From assembly GCA_051530055.1 (NCBI GenBank), contig CM121341.1, positions 7,790,784-7,854,783 of the forward strand: a stretch of 64,000 bases of DNA, read 5' to 3'. The notes below the pieces were generated by a model that did no database searches, had not been told where the DNA came from, and saw nothing but the letters and a program-made list of their open reading frames with translations. Positions 24,931 through 38,737 of the stretch are shown here, piece after piece (position 1 is the stretch's first letter; each line of letters starts with the position of its first letter). The position numbers and the translations under genes were made by a program. Source of the stretch: Neoechinorhynchus agilis (lineage: Eukaryota; Animalia; Acanthocephala).

Positions 24931-26679
24931 GTTTTGCTCTAATTGATAAGAAAATGATTTTTTTCACCAAAAAACTATTTTTTAAATTGCTATTGACATT
25001 AAATGTTCGATTTGTAATAGTTTTGTGTCAGCAAAGACAAAAAATGTTCAAGTATGACATGAAGATCATCGAAATGTGGACATTTCAATTTTTTACTTTT
25101 CTGAGTGATTTTATCAAGTCTGAGATAGCTAAATTTATACACAAGAACGAATTTCTTTAATAAAAGTTTCGAATTTGTGCTTACTTTTTCTTGGACTTAA
25201 TGAACGTTGGAAGGGTAAACACAATCTCAACTAGCAATTTTAGTATATTTCCGTTTTTTTGCCGATTAATAATTTTTTAGGTGATTGATGTTTAGTACTC
25301 TAATTAAAGTTGATCAGCACTGGAATGAGAAACTGGCGAAGCCTCAATCTGCTTAGACGTCAACGAACGCTTTCCAATAATTATGCAAATATTCGAAGCC
25401 TTCAGACTCAGAACTTCCTATGCAAGGCCGATTATCGTTGCTTGAACCCGATCATATCTAAAGCTCAGTTCTTCGTAGATTTCGAGCATCATCGTTTTTT
25501 CTCTTTGGCATAAAGTGGTTATCTCCGTAAATCACCTAAATGTCACAAAAAATAAACATATAAAAAAGTATGCGATTCCGAGATAAAGCCACCATTTTTA
25601 CGATTTCTGATTAAGAGTGGCTTACGAGCTCAAGATAACTCTTGGCGTTTGTAGATACCTTCTATTTTCTAAAGAAAATATAATGCTATGCTGAAAATTC
25701 TCGGTTCGCTTGATAGCTCGGTTATTAAAGTTATACTAATTCCCAACTTGATGAATCCAAGTAAGAATAAACCGGCAAATGTTTGTATACTCTAAGAGTT
25801 GATTTTTTCACTCTTCTTGATGTAGTAAAATGAAAATTTTCGGTAATTTTGCTATGGAAGATGAACTAAGACGTTCTCGGGTTTCTATCGAATTAGGCAA
25901 CTAAAGCTTAAGATACGTTTTTTTCTCTGATAAAAGTCCTTTTAGGTCGCCAAGAGCATGCAAAATAACATAAGATCTTCAATAAATCCAACAAATGAGC
26001 TCACTTGTTAAACTTTATAACTTTACAACAAATCCTGCAATCTTTCTCACGTTCTAAAAAATATTTATTGAAATTTGAATTGTGGTGATGACAATCCCCT
26101 GGATAAAATACATATTTTATTGATTTGTTTTGTGTTGTATGGCTTGGGTTTAATGGGGATCGCCATTACCGAGGTTACCACAATTAAAAATTTATCATTC
26201 CGAGAAATTTTCTCTCTGTGATTTCTTAAAATCACATAAATTTCTAGTATTAAGTTTAGGTTTGAAGATTTAATTAGTTCTCGTTCGTTCAGAGGCAATT
26301 AAGATAGTTTTCAGCGATGTTTTTTTTTCGAATTTTCGGAATCATATGCGATCTAATTTCAAGAACCGTTTTTCTACAGCCATAATTGGATTCAAGCATT
26401 CCAAATTTAAGTCGACTCACTCAAAATTGAGTATCTAAGGCTGAAAAGCGTTCTTATTTCTCTAAATTTCGGCGTTCCGTGGCATTTAAGTGTATCAACA
26501 TAGTGGATTTCGAGACACAGTGCGACTCATGGTATGCCTCACTACCTCCAAAACACTTAGTTTAAAAAAGAGTGGCTGTACCTTTGGATTTCTGCTTCTT
26601 ATTGTTTAAATTATTCCAATTCAATTTTTTAATTTATATAGAAGCGCAAAAATGGACTTTATGCATAAAATACATCGCT

Positions 26680-27430
26680 ATTCTACATCCTAAATAATGA
26701 TTATTTTGCTAAAATTAAACTTTAATTCGATCGTTTTAGCTTTTATTTCCATAGATTTATTTAGATTCTTAAACGAAATGGAAACAAAGTCACGTTCAGA
26801 AAATTAGATTTCTACATCCTAAATAATGATTAGTTTGCTAAAATTAAACTTTAATTCGATCGTTTTAGCTTTTATTTCCATAGATTTATTTAGATTCTTA
26901 AACGAAATGGAAACAAAGTCACGTTCAGAAAATTAGATTTCTACATCCTAAATAATGATTAGTTTGCTAAAATTAAACTTTAATTCGATCGTTTTAGCTT
27001 TTATTTCCATAGATTTATTTAGATTCTTAAACGAAATGGAAACAAAGTCACGTTCAGAAAATTAGATTTCTACATCCTAAATAATGATTATTTTGCTAAA
27101 ATTAAACTTTAATTCGATCGTTTTAGCTTTTATTTCCATAGATTTATTTAGATTCTTAAACGAAATGGAAACAAAGTCACGTTCAGAAAATTAGATTTCT
27201 ACATCCTAAATAATGATTATTTTGCTAAAATTAAACTTTAATTCGATCGTTTTACCTTTTATTTCCATAGATTTATTTAGATTCTTAAACGAAATGGAAA
27301 CAAAGTCACGTTCAGAAAATTAGATTTCTACATCCTAAATAATGATTATTTTGCTAAAATTAAACTTTAATTCGATCATTTTACATTTTATTTCCATAGA
27401 TTTATTTAGATTCTTAAACGAAATGGAAAC
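26680..27430. repeat. Tandem satellite E (129 bp unit, ~6 copies)
   Basis: TTCTACATCCTAAATAATGA at 26681, 26810, ~26939, ~27067, ~27196, ~27325. Confidence 0.96.
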
Positions 27431-27547
27431 AAAATCAACCGAAATCTAAAGATCGGTCGTTCAGAAAATTAGATTAAATCAGCGATTTTCCGCTCAACCA
27501 AAACAACAATATTTATGTGTACCCTGAACCGAACGGTAAAGAGTTTG

Positions 27548-27615
27548 CACGAATCCGTCCGGATCCTCAGAGGATCCGAGACTCATCAGTGAGTTTCCTA
27601 TTCCGTTCAATCGTG
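27548..27615 (-). ncRNA. Degenerate hammerhead-ribozyme-like three-way junction (type III layout)
   Basis: Minus strand: CACGA-UU ... CUGAUGA-GUC-[CGGAUCCU cug AGGAUCCG]-GAC-GGAU-UCGUG. The GAAA core is altered to GGAU and stem I is weak. Confidence 0.35.
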
Positions 27616-28354
27616 ATTTTATGCCCTGACCAATAAATCAGTGGGTTGTGTGCTTAAAATAAAAATTATTGGCCCCATGAAAAATTCAAAAATAATGCTT
27701 CAAGTTTCCTTCTTCTTTTTTTATTATTGTTGTCAATCAAATCATTTGAACACTTCTTTATTTTTAAAGATTCTGTACATTTCCCGGTTTGTAGTTTCTA
27801 AAACCTACACAAATGCACTTTCGGAAAGGTACAAGAAAAACTTTATTAACTAATGATCATCAATGAAACTTTGGACGCAAAAAAAAGAATTCATCAAATG
27901 GACACTTCCAAATGGTTAACCAGTTGACAAAACGATCTCAAAATAGACAGACGCCGTCTATCCAAATATCGTATTTACGTTACCGTAAATGGACGGTACT
28001 TAGGAGTATTTTTGTACCCGATCGCGATATGTCGATTGGGTCACCTAAGGAAATCGTTTGGTTAGAATACATTTGGAATTCGACACAATTTCAGGAATAT
28101 CATAAACATTTTGTGGTATTTCCAATGATTTTAAACATTTTAAGGTTCACATTTTTCGTGATTAAAAGTGCAATTTGTTTGATTAATCTTAAATTACTCA
28201 CAAATTTAAGTTTTTTGGGGCTATGAAAAGAACTCGAGCAACTGCTCTTTTTTTCTTGAAGTTTCCTTTCGTCGGAGATTATGCTTACAAAGTTTTTCTT
28301 AATTTTGATAACATTCTCATTGTTGTAATTTGGCTTCAGATTATTCAATCAGGG

Positions 28355-30125
28355 ATGAGACCTGAAGATTTGTTCCTTAGACTCCGAGAACGCTTGGCAA
28401 GAAGCGGACAAGTGCAGTTGCTCTCGTATTGGACTGAATTGAACGACAGCGAACGAACTAAGTTATATGAGCAATTAGAATCACTTGATATCGAACAGCT
28501 TCATGAGTAAGATCTCCACTTTAAGGCCTGTTCAATATCGATTTCTAAATTAAGTGATTTCTTAGCTGCTTATGAGGAGTATCTGCATCCGAGAGAGCGA
28601 GCTGTATGTAGCTGCGATTTATTTTTTTAACTAAAACGTTCAATGGTAGGACATTGAACCTGTCCCGGAGACAATTCGATCAGGAACTAATTTATGTTCA
28701 AGAAAAGATTACGATAAATATTGGACGATGGGTATGTTTTGAAATTGTTTTAATTTTGTTAGCTCTATCTCTTCGTCTCGTAGGTCTAAGAGCTATAAAA
28801 CAAAAAGAGGTGGCAGCGGTCGTCATGGCAGGAGGTCAGGGAACACGATTGGGGGTTTCATATCCAAAAGGGATGTACGATGTCGATTTGCCTTCTAAGA
28901 AGTCTTTATTTCAGCTTCAAGCCGAGCGAATAACTCGTCTTAAGGAGCTCGTGAAAAGGAACGAAGATGCTGAAAGTTGCGAGATACATTTGCCTTGGTA
29001 TGGGTTTTTTTAAGACTTTAGGATCTGTAAAGATTGATTTTAATAGGTTCATTATGACGAGCGATCATACAATGGCTGAGACGAGAACGTTCTTCGAAAA
29101 GCACAATTTCTTTGGCCACCCAAAAAGTGACATCTTCTTTTTTGAACAGGATGAAATGCCTTCATTTACTAAACATGGCAAAATTATTTTGTCCGATAAG
29201 TGCACTTTATTTAAAGCACCAGGTATGAACGCGGATGCTTCAAAATTCGATTTGAAACTTGTTTAGATGGCAATGGAGGACTATTTAAGGTTTTGAAATC
29301 AAGTGGAATGCTGGACGAAATGGCCAGACTTGGGATAAAATACGTTCATGCTTATTGTGTGGACAATATTTTAGTCCGTGTTGCAGATCCCGTATTTATC
29401 GGTTATTGTATTGATCAAGAGTCCGACTGTGCGGTCAAAGTAGTATTAAAAGAAGAGCCAAACGAGAGCGTCGGGGTTGTATGCCACTCTAAAGGAAAAT
29501 ATCAAATTGTTGAATACAGCGAACTGCCTGATTGTGAAGCTCACAAGCGCGAAACCTCGGGCCGACTAGCGTTTAGAGACGGGAATATCTGTAATCATTT
29601 TTTCACCGTTGATTTCCTGAACACAGTGGCTGATCGTCTACTCGCAAATGAATTCAAGATGACCAATCATCCTGCAATCAAGAACATCCCTAGTATAGAT
29701 GGAACAGTTCAAGGACTGAAATTAGAAAAATTCGTTTTTGACGTGATTCCATTGAGCCAGAAATTCGTTATATGGCAAGTAGAACGGAAAGATGAGTTCG
29801 CACCTCTTAAAAACGGTCCGAATTCTGGTAAAATTCATTGTACACCTCAGAGTTGTAAGGAAGCGATTTTCAATACTCATCGGAAATGGATTACCGAATC
29901 TCTGTCCACAAAGGAATTCAATAATGATATGGTCGAAGTTTCTCCACTTGTTTCCTATTGCGGAGAAGTATATTAACGTTCTATGGTGAAATGCGATCTG
30001 AGGCATAAATTTAGGGTCTCGATGAAGTCAACGAGTATTCTGCTAATATTAAGTTCTTTGATGGTCAACGGTACGTCGAGATTGAGCGTAATCCAGGCAA
30101 TGGGAATATTGAATTCCCGAAATAA
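28355..30125 (+). CDS. UAP1: UDP-N-acetylhexosamine pyrophosphorylase, 7 exons
   Basis: [86 protein letters not shown]. Six 44-55 nt GT-AG introns restore the frame. Confidence 0.96.
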
Positions 30126-30780
30126 AAGTAGTTTGTTTTTCGAAATTAGAAAAGAACACAAAACCTAAGCGTATTTCCCATATTCCCAAAATAAGAATCG
30201 AAGGAATCAACCATGATTTCGAGTTCCCAGACTGTAAACCAATTAATGGGAACCATCAAAACAAAAAACGAGAAACTTGCTTTTCTCGAAATATTTTCTA
30301 ATAGAACAAACATCCAAGAGTCAATAAACCATTACACTTTATAAAATTGTTTTAAGTCTCATAAATCTCGAAACTCATAAAAAAAGAGCATTTAGTAGAT
30401 CATTTAAAAGAGCAGCAAAACGATAACGAAAAAAATAAAGATCTGTATTGGTGGGTGTTCATGGATCACTGAGAAATGAGGTCTTATTGAACGTCACTAT
30501 CAAGATTGACTCAGTTGATGACTAAATCTGGAACATAAAATTTCTTGTCAGGCGTGTCGATTCGTGAAATTCCATCCTGGATTCGGTCACGATGAAATAG
30601 CGTGACTTAGATGGTGAAGTTCATTCTCAAAAGTCTATCGAGATGTATTCAAAATGCGGGTCTATTCGGTATAAAAACTTTTAAAATAATTAGCAAAAGA
30701 TTTTATCCCTAAATTGTTTTTTGGGTCAATGCGAAGTTTGTGGACTTCTTTAAAATCAATAATTGTTAAAATACGCTTTA

Positions 30781-31420
30781 CAATTCCGAAGAAATCTAAC
30801 GTGGAGAACGAAATCTTTAAATTAAAATTAACTTCGTCCTGACCAAAACAATTTGTGATTATAGTACAGTTTTTTATCGTGTTTCATTCATTTAAAATGA
30901 CCAAAATATTAGCAGTTTCCTTTTAGTTTTAAGTCCAGGAGAACAGCCAAACTGTTCAATTCCTTCAGCGTGAATAGGATTTAAGAATTAAAAACGATAA
31001 AGTGAGACTTTTTACCCTGCGGTCGGTTACTGAGCCGAATCCTCGTAGTTTCTCAAATCTCTTTTAAGTTTCTCTAAAGGCAAAAGTATGATTTGGAAAA
31101 TGAGATGTATTAAAACTTCACTAGAAGACGCCAATTCCGAAGAAATCTAACGTAGAGAACGAAATCTTTAAATTAAAATTGATTAATTTCGTCCTGACCA
31201 AAACAATTTGTGATTATAGTACAGTTTTTTATCGTGTTTCATTCATTTAAAATGACCAAAATATTAGCAGTTTCCTTTTAGTTTTAAGTCCAGGAGAACA
31301 GCCAAACTGTCCAATTCCTTCAGCGTGAATAGGATTTAAGAATTAAAAACGATAAAGTGAGACTTTTTACCCTGCGGTCGGTTACTGAGCCGAATCCTCG
31401 TAGTTTCTCAAATCTCCTTC
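30781..31420. repeat. Local tandem duplication (~290 bp x2)
   Basis: CAATTCCGAAGAAATCTAACGT...GAGCCGAATCCTCGTAGTTTCTCAAATCTC at 30781 and ~31132. Confidence 0.9.
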
Positions 31421-31519
31421 TCCAAAGGTCGATTTTCTTCGTCGAAATCACGATCCAAAAAATGAGATATATCTCAGCTTGATCCATATTCGCAAAAAAA
31501 CGAATAAACTTGCGGCTAC

Positions 31520-32137
31520 CTCACAGAATTCTATGTTTTGAATACATTGCGCGAACAAAATTGGGCCAAAAACAAGCCCGGACGAGCGCCACGTGAAACA
31601 TCTCGTACAAAACCTCGATCCGCATCACCCACATTTTTACAATCAAGGTAAGAAAAATCCCTGATTGCCATGACCAAATGTCCGGAACTTCTCGATACGA
31701 CTCATCTTCAGGAAGATCTGATATACCACGACCATTTGACGGGAGAAATCCGTCCAGTTAGAGATTTCTTTATGCGCCAGTGTTCCATGCTGGAATGGGC
31801 GTTGACTGGAAATGAAAACAATCCACCGGATACCTGCCTATGGCACTCTAAGAGGATTACTGAGAGAATCCTGAGGATTCGTCAGGAATTAGCACAGAAT
31901 AAAGTGATGGCTAATGAAGACTTGGAGCGTGAAAGCCGAGTTGATTTCCGTGGAGAAGAATGTGTTCGTGGTCAAAGTACTAATAAAACCATTCGGAAGT
32001 ACATTAGACGGAAAAAGGATGATCCTGTACCTGATAAATGGATGAAAGATTTGTTTAAGAAACCGAAGATCCCGAGAACCACAAATCGAAAGCCGAAAAC
32101 GAAGAAACTAAAAGCGAAGAACGTTATTTCCTTCTAA
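31520..32137 (+). CDS. Hypothetical protein with Lys-rich C-terminus, probably 2 exons
   Basis: 155-codon ORF; strong donor CAAG|GTAAGA near 31648. A plausible splice gives ...NLDPHHPHFYNQ|DLIYHDHLTG. No family recognised. Confidence 0.5.
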
Positions 32138-32889
32138 AAGGCGTTCTAGATTGTTACATCGTTGTTATAAATTTAAAGCTTTTCGTTTTGAATCCCTAAT
32201 TTTATCGTAAAAACTCTTTTTCCCTACTCAATCATTCTTTTGCAAATAAAAAGCGATAAAAATTGAAGGGAAAACCTTGTCTTAACTGATTGAAAATAAT
32301 CAACTCTAAGGTCTTAACTATCGCCTTCTCAGATAATCCGCCAAGATAAAGAACATGGGATTAGATCTTAATTCGTCTGATCCATTTGGCGAAAAATATT
32401 TTGATAAGTGTTTGCATCTAGCGTAAAAATTAAAAGGATTTCATTGATAAAATCCTTCGGGTTTGATTTATTTACCTTCCGTCCACTTCTGGTTCGGCTA
32501 CCTGTAATTTCTTAAGAATTGCCAAACTATTCACCGACTACAGATTCCGGTTAAATGATCAGTTCTGTGAGATATCAGTCATTTATCTAATCGTCGAATT
32601 CTGCATTGAACTAAACATGAATTTCAGTTTGTTTCTCGATCTCTATTCTGTGCATTCTGCTTCGAAGCTCAAAAATGTCGTCTCGGCCACTAATAAATGT
32701 TTTCTTGAATTTGGGAAATGCACCAAAAGAGAGCAATTCCATAAGTTAATATTTTAAAAATCGATTAACGTCCTTCTGCCATTATCGGTCTAATTTCTCC
32801 AATGGCCATCATCTTTTCAATATTTACCTTCTTAATGTTATTCCCGCGGCGATTTACGAGACGAATCTCTCAAAAATAGATATCGATTT

Positions 32890-33840
32890 ATCATCGACAG
32901 AAAAAATTATTTTGATTTATTGGAGATATTTCGCGCCTTATCAGTCATTGTTAAAGTGTTTTATTCGATGAGTCGACTTCCACGCGAAATATCTCCAATA
33001 AATCATGATCACCACAATTTTTAAAGATATTGATTTGTTTCGCAAGTTTACAAAGCAACAAACTTGCGAATTGTTTCGCAAAGTCCGACGAAACGGCGAA
33101 ATATTGAGAATAATAAATCAATATCTATTGCTCTCTCGCCACCAAATGAATAATCGACAGAAAAAATTATTTTGATTTATTGGAGATATTTCGCGCCTTA
33201 TCAATCATTGTTAAAGTGTTTTATTCGATGAGTCGACTTCCACGCGAAATATCTCCAATAAATCATGATCACCACAATTTTTAAAGATATTGATTTGTTT
33301 CCAAGGTTTCGCAAAGTCCGACGAAACGGCGAAATATTGAGAATAATAAATCAATATCTATTGCTCTCTCGCCACCAAATGAATAATCGACAGAAAAAAT
33401 TATTTTGATTTATTGGAGATATTTCGCGCCTTATCAGTCATTGTTAAAGTGTTTTATTCGATGAGTCGACTTCCACGCGAAATATCTCCAATAAATCATG
33501 ATCAAGCAACAAACTTGCGAATTGTTTCGCAAAGTCCGACGAAACGGCGAAATATTGAGAATAATAAATCAATATCTATTGCTCTCTCGCCACCAAATGA
33601 ATAATCGACAGAAAAAATTATTTTGATTTATTGGAGATATTTCGCGCCTTATCAGTCATTGTTAAAGTGTTTTATTCGATGAGTCGACTTCCACGCGAAA
33701 TATCTCCAATAAATCATGATCACCACAATTTTTAAAGATATTGATTTGTTTCTCAAGGTTTCGCAAAGTCCGACAAAACGGCGAAATATTGAGAATAATA
33801 AATCAATATCTATTGCTCTCTCGCCACCAAATGAATAATC
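32890..33840. repeat. Tandem satellite F (218-260 bp unit, 4 copies) with internal inverted repeats
   Basis: ATCGACAGAAAAAATT recurs 4 times. Each unit has a perfect 23 bp IR, TGATTTATTGGAGATATTTCGCG / CGCGAAATATCTCCAATAAATCA. Confidence 0.92.
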
Positions 33841-34163
33841 GAAGAAGCGAGCTTACCTCCTGGTTATCGGACTAATAGAAAAACCCGTTAAAAATCGATT
33901 ATTTTGGTCGATACGAGAAATCGGATTGATAATCCTAGAATTTTTCTGCTGAAGAGACCCGATCTTTACCGCTCTCGCATTTTCCTGTACCGAATTATGC
34001 AGAGCACTATTCTCAGCGAATAGCATACTCTAAAGCATCATTCCTAGCTTCGCAAGACCTATTTTTGTCGTAGAATCATAGTGTCTCAGTAGGATATATG
34101 CTCCGCGGTTCGGTTTATGCTTCCACCACAATCCGACATCTTCCCTCGCAATCATCTTCAGAA

Positions 34164-34673
34164 ATGGGTGAGAAAAAAGCTAGAAAGAGAGCTTCTCGTG
34201 CGGCCAGCAATGTATTTGCAATATTCGACCAGCGACAAGTGCAAGAATTCAAAGAAGCGTTCACTCTGATCGATCAGGATCGAGATGGTGTCATTGGACT
34301 TGAAGATCTAAAGGAAGTCTTCATTTCATTAGGCAGGCAACCAAAGGATTCCGAGCTAAAATCAATGCTCGAGGAAGCTCCTGGTCCAATCAATTTCACA
34401 ACACTTCTATCGATGTTCGGAGATAAACTCAGCGGAACCGACGCTGAAGATGTCATCTATAATGCTTTTAAATTGCTCGATGAACAGGGTACGGGGCATT
34501 TGAACGTCAAAGACCTAAGAAAGATTATGACAACGGAAGGAAGACCGGATGATCGTTTGACTGATGTCGAGTTTAATCAGATGCTTGAAGGAGCTCCAGT
34601 CGATCAGAAAGGACTCCTTGACTACGAGAACTTCTCGAAGCTCATAAAGAGAGGGAAACAGGAAGACGAGTAA
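34164..34673 (+). CDS. Myosin regulatory light chain (EF-hand), intronless
   Basis: RAASNVFAIFDQRQVQEFKEAFTLIDQDRDG, EAPGPINFT, FGDKLSGTD.EDVI.NAF. An in-frame upstream ATG exists at 34098. Confidence 0.95.
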   Translation: MGEKKARKRASRAASNVFAIFDQRQVQEFKEAFTLIDQDRDGVIGLEDLKEVFISLGRQPKDSELKSMLEEAPGPINFTTLLSMFGDKLSGTDAEDVIYNAFKLLDEQGTGHLNVKDLRKIMTTEGRPDDRLTDVEFNQMLEGAPVDQKGLLDYENFSKLIKRGKQEDE

Positions 34674-36112
34674 ATTTATAGGAGGACCAACTCGTGTGTC
34701 AGCACAAATAATCATTAGAACTTAATTAAGAGTGAAGGTTATGGTCACTGAGAAACATCCAAACGGTTTATCTTCTGAAGAACGATGAACTGTTCTTGGA
34801 TGTAGCAAAAAAATCATTAATTAACCACTTTTTTTCTTTTGCGAACAAAATCACCATATCATAATTTTCGAAATCAGAATTCTATGTTTTAAGTTTGTCT
34901 TTAAAACCCCAATCACACTTATCATCAATATTGGATTCTGATAAACGTTATAGAAACGTATTCGAAAATGATTTTTGCAACTATAAACTAACATCTTGCC
35001 ATCACTATATATTCGAGCAATTCGTTCAACGAGCAGATCTGCAACTAAGTTATCCGAAACGATAAAACATTTGAAAGAAAAACAGTCGTTCGAAGGATCT
35101 TTTATAAGTTTGTTGATGCGGTCAGGGCGAATTAAAGAAAATTTAATAGATCGTTTTATACGTGAAACTTCTTCAGAATTTTCTATAGAAAAAAATACGA
35201 ATAAGTAGTCGGGGAATAAAAGTGACAAAACTAAAAACCACTTCAAATAGATGCCAGAATCAGTTGTTTCCTGCAAGAACGGCGAAACCGGCAACTACGG
35301 CATAAGAATCGGACTAATCCTCTATACAATCAGCATCTAATTAAAAAAATTTGTTGCAAATTCGATAAAATACCCTTTAGTGTCCATAGTTTCGACGTGG
35401 ACCAATTCCATAATTGATTAAAATATTACAGTTCATTTTTGTTAGAGTTTCAACCTTGTCATTTTCTAGTTCGTCTTGAGATATCACGAAAGTTTAGTAA
35501 GTGCAAAACCTCATTTTTAACTGACTAGAAATTAAGGGAATGGAATTAATCGCGAGAAAATCGTTGTATGGGATTGCTCGTAAATTGTTTAATGGCTCAT
35601 TTGAGAATTCTACGTCAATGGCATGATTCTGCTCCTTTTAGTCGCCAATTTCTGGGAATATTCTTATTTGCACTCTCATTGAGCCAATTTCAAACTATTA
35701 AGAATGAAGACGGATAAAGTTACGCAGGGAAAACTCAATTGCTGGATCGTTTAGAGCTCTTATTTTCATTGACCTTCTCGAATTTGACTATCTTTTTCCG
35801 GACTAAAAGCCGATTGTTAGATCACGATTCGTTCATGCATTCGTTTGTTAACTCTATTCTTAGACTGACGGTTCATATAATCGATTACCAATCAAATTAA
35901 CTTTGAGAAAGGCATCATTTGGATTGAGGAATAGATTTTGAGGGATAATGTGGACGCGATTGCTAGCAAATTTCAGCGTCCGAGCGATCACCGAGCTTTG
36001 TAGACTTTATAAAAACATTGGCATTGTGTGTAAAAGATTACATTTAAAAACAGATCGATTTTTTTGAGTGAAAGTAAGTTCCCAATGATTGAGTTACTTT
36101 ATTCTAAAATAC

Positions 36113-37322
36113 TTAAAACGCACTGAATCCAGAGGCGTAGCTCACGCTGCTATCCGAAGGCTGAGTGATTTGTTCAGATTGTGAGTAATGAACAAACTCA
36201 AACTGAATTTGTGTACTCACGGATCCATTTTGTTCATTAACACAAGATAATAGCTGAATTTTCGTGTTTAGTAAGAATTGCGAAGTAAACACTTACCAGC
36301 ATAATCGCAATCAGCGGATTTCGTCCACATATTGTGTTCTTTGTTTCTTCAATGTATTGAATAAATTTTGCGTAGTCTAGGCGTGAAATGAGTTCCATTC
36401 CACGATGATCGAGTGCTTCGATTGATTTGTATATTGGAAGTTTTGGTTGATAATGATACTTGAAATCGAATCGATCGCCCCAGTGACAAAAATCAGTGGA
36501 TATTATGAACAAAACCGATGGATCCGAAATGTAGGGAACGAAAACGTCCAAATCATTTTTGACTTTGTTCGTCTCGTTGACTGATTTCATTGATCGAATA
36601 AAATCACCAATCAGTATTGGAACAATGGCCACGTCACGGCTACTTCAACATAAAGTTATGATTGTTAAAAGCTGAATACGAACCCGGAAAATATTCGTGC
36701 TATAAACGGGAACTGCATTTCCAAACTATGTTCTCGAATATCATCATTCTTTGGAATTTGATCAACAAATTTAGAATCCAATAGGTTTTTGATGACTTTG
36801 TTAAAGAAAATGTGTTGTGGATTAGTTTTAAAAATCAAGTTTACTTTTCTGGTCTATCTGTAAACGACCTAAAGGAGTATCACAAGCCTCAAATTGAGAA
36901 ACATGGATTCCATTGAAGTAGTAGGTATGCGATGGGCCCAAAATGAATATGGTCTTACTTAAATGATTATTCGATGAGATCGGTCACTCAGATCATCACT
37001 CACATTCGATCCACACAACTGGTCAGTTGTTTATAGGCGTAACCGGCAGTACGTCCCGAATATGCGATTCCTGCGTGACTAAATGGAAATGTTCATTTAA
37101 AAGATTGAAAATCAGACGTTTTACGGTGAAATGATAACTCGAGTTAGCGGGCTTTTCTCTTTTAATATCCCATCTGACAAATACAAGTCAAGCTCCTGCT
37201 CCAATACGACAGCTATAAAAAAAGTTTTGGATTGTGGATAAAAGGTTGGACTTACGGTCGGATGGATACCAAGTACCCGCATGAGATGCCGGACGAATTT
37301 TACCGGAACGATGCTTTATCAT
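36113..37322 (-). CDS. MEMO1: Protein MEMO1, multi-exon
   Basis: RPASHAGTWY, HAGIAYSG, IFILGPSH, TPLG.LQID, EHSLEMQFP, STDFCHWG.RF, NTICGRNP, DSSVSYASG. Confidence 0.93.
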
Positions 37323-37479
37323 CTTAAGAATAAGTTACTTTTGTGAGCTTTTCGTGAACAAATGACTAATCTAAGCGAAAATTGAGTCGATTCCGCGTCG
37401 GGACGTAATCCGATTTGATTGTATATTAAGCTAATGACAGTCTTTGGCAATTATTTCCAAAACAATCAATCAATCTTCA

Positions 37480-37700
37480 TCTCTCGACAATTAACACACC
37501 TCCCGCCGAATTCCAGCTTTTGTCCTTCCTCGACCGTCGCCATCACGCTGGCAGCATTGCCTCGTTGTACTGCCAGCGAGATATTTTGTCGAAGGACTGC
37601 TCTTGAGTCTCCGGTTCTCAATTTCTTCGAGAGATCCTGGAGCAGAGTGCCGAGCGCTCCATACGTCTCTACCCCAAAGGGGACAAAATAGTGAGCCCTC
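37480..37700 (-). mobile_element. 3' end relic of CRE-clade non-LTR retrotransposon
   Basis: Minus strand: [58 protein letters not shown]. Confidence 0.8.
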
Positions 37701-38737
37701 CATTTTGTCGAGAAATGAAGATTGATTGGTTGTCGAAATGCTCCGGAAATATCTCAATAAAATATCTATATTAAAAAAAACTAATAAAAGAATGACATTT
37801 GATTCGGATCTTTAGAATTTGGTCCTAATAAGAAAATGGTCCAATTAACCGAGCTAAATTTTATTTGATATGGAACCGAAACGTAAACGTTAAAAAATAT
37901 TGTGGCATGTTCACCGAAAGGCTTCTCGGAGGAAAAGTTGTTCAAATTGAGAGGAAATTGTTGGAGAATTAAATTTGAAATGATCTAAATGCTCAGAAGC
38001 AAAAAAAGTGGCTGAAAAAACACGTTGGTTTGCATGTTTTTTCCCGTATTATTGCCACCCTTCGACGAAGTTTCTATGTCTCACAAAAACAGATTTTCGT
38101 TTCTACTAGTCATAACAATTCTGATTGATTATTGGTAAATCAATTTTCAAAATGTTGTGATGTCTCCTTCAAAAATAAAGCAATAAAAAAATATTAAGAT
38201 CTATACCAAAAAAGTTTCATTTCGATCGACTAAATCGATGGTTTTAAGTTTTGACAAAAAATTTGGAACAGCATTTTATTACAATCTTTTCACTAATAAC
38301 AAGTGGATTCGGTGAATGTATTTTCAAAAAGAGTCGAAAAGGTAAAATATCTAAGATTTAAAGTGCGGTGTTTGATAAATCGTATTTTTATTTCTCCTTT
38401 AAAAGATGCAAATCCATTTCAACTGTAAGCTCGGAGATGAATTACTTAAATTAGGAAACAATGGAATATCATAAAACGCACAAACATCAGACGCAAGTGA
38501 AATAAGATTCCAATTAGCCGGTCCACATTCATTTACGATGAATTCCGATCTTAGGGCCACTTTTATTTACTATAATCGCGTTTTTTCCAATTTCAATATA
38601 CTGAAAAAGCTCGCAAACGTTAAAAAACCGCGAGATAGTTCATAAAAAAAACTCCGGGAAGTAGTTGTACCGAAATATTTAATTTTAAATGGCAAACACT
38701 TTACCCGATTGCTGCACATCTTTTTCTTATGTGAATT

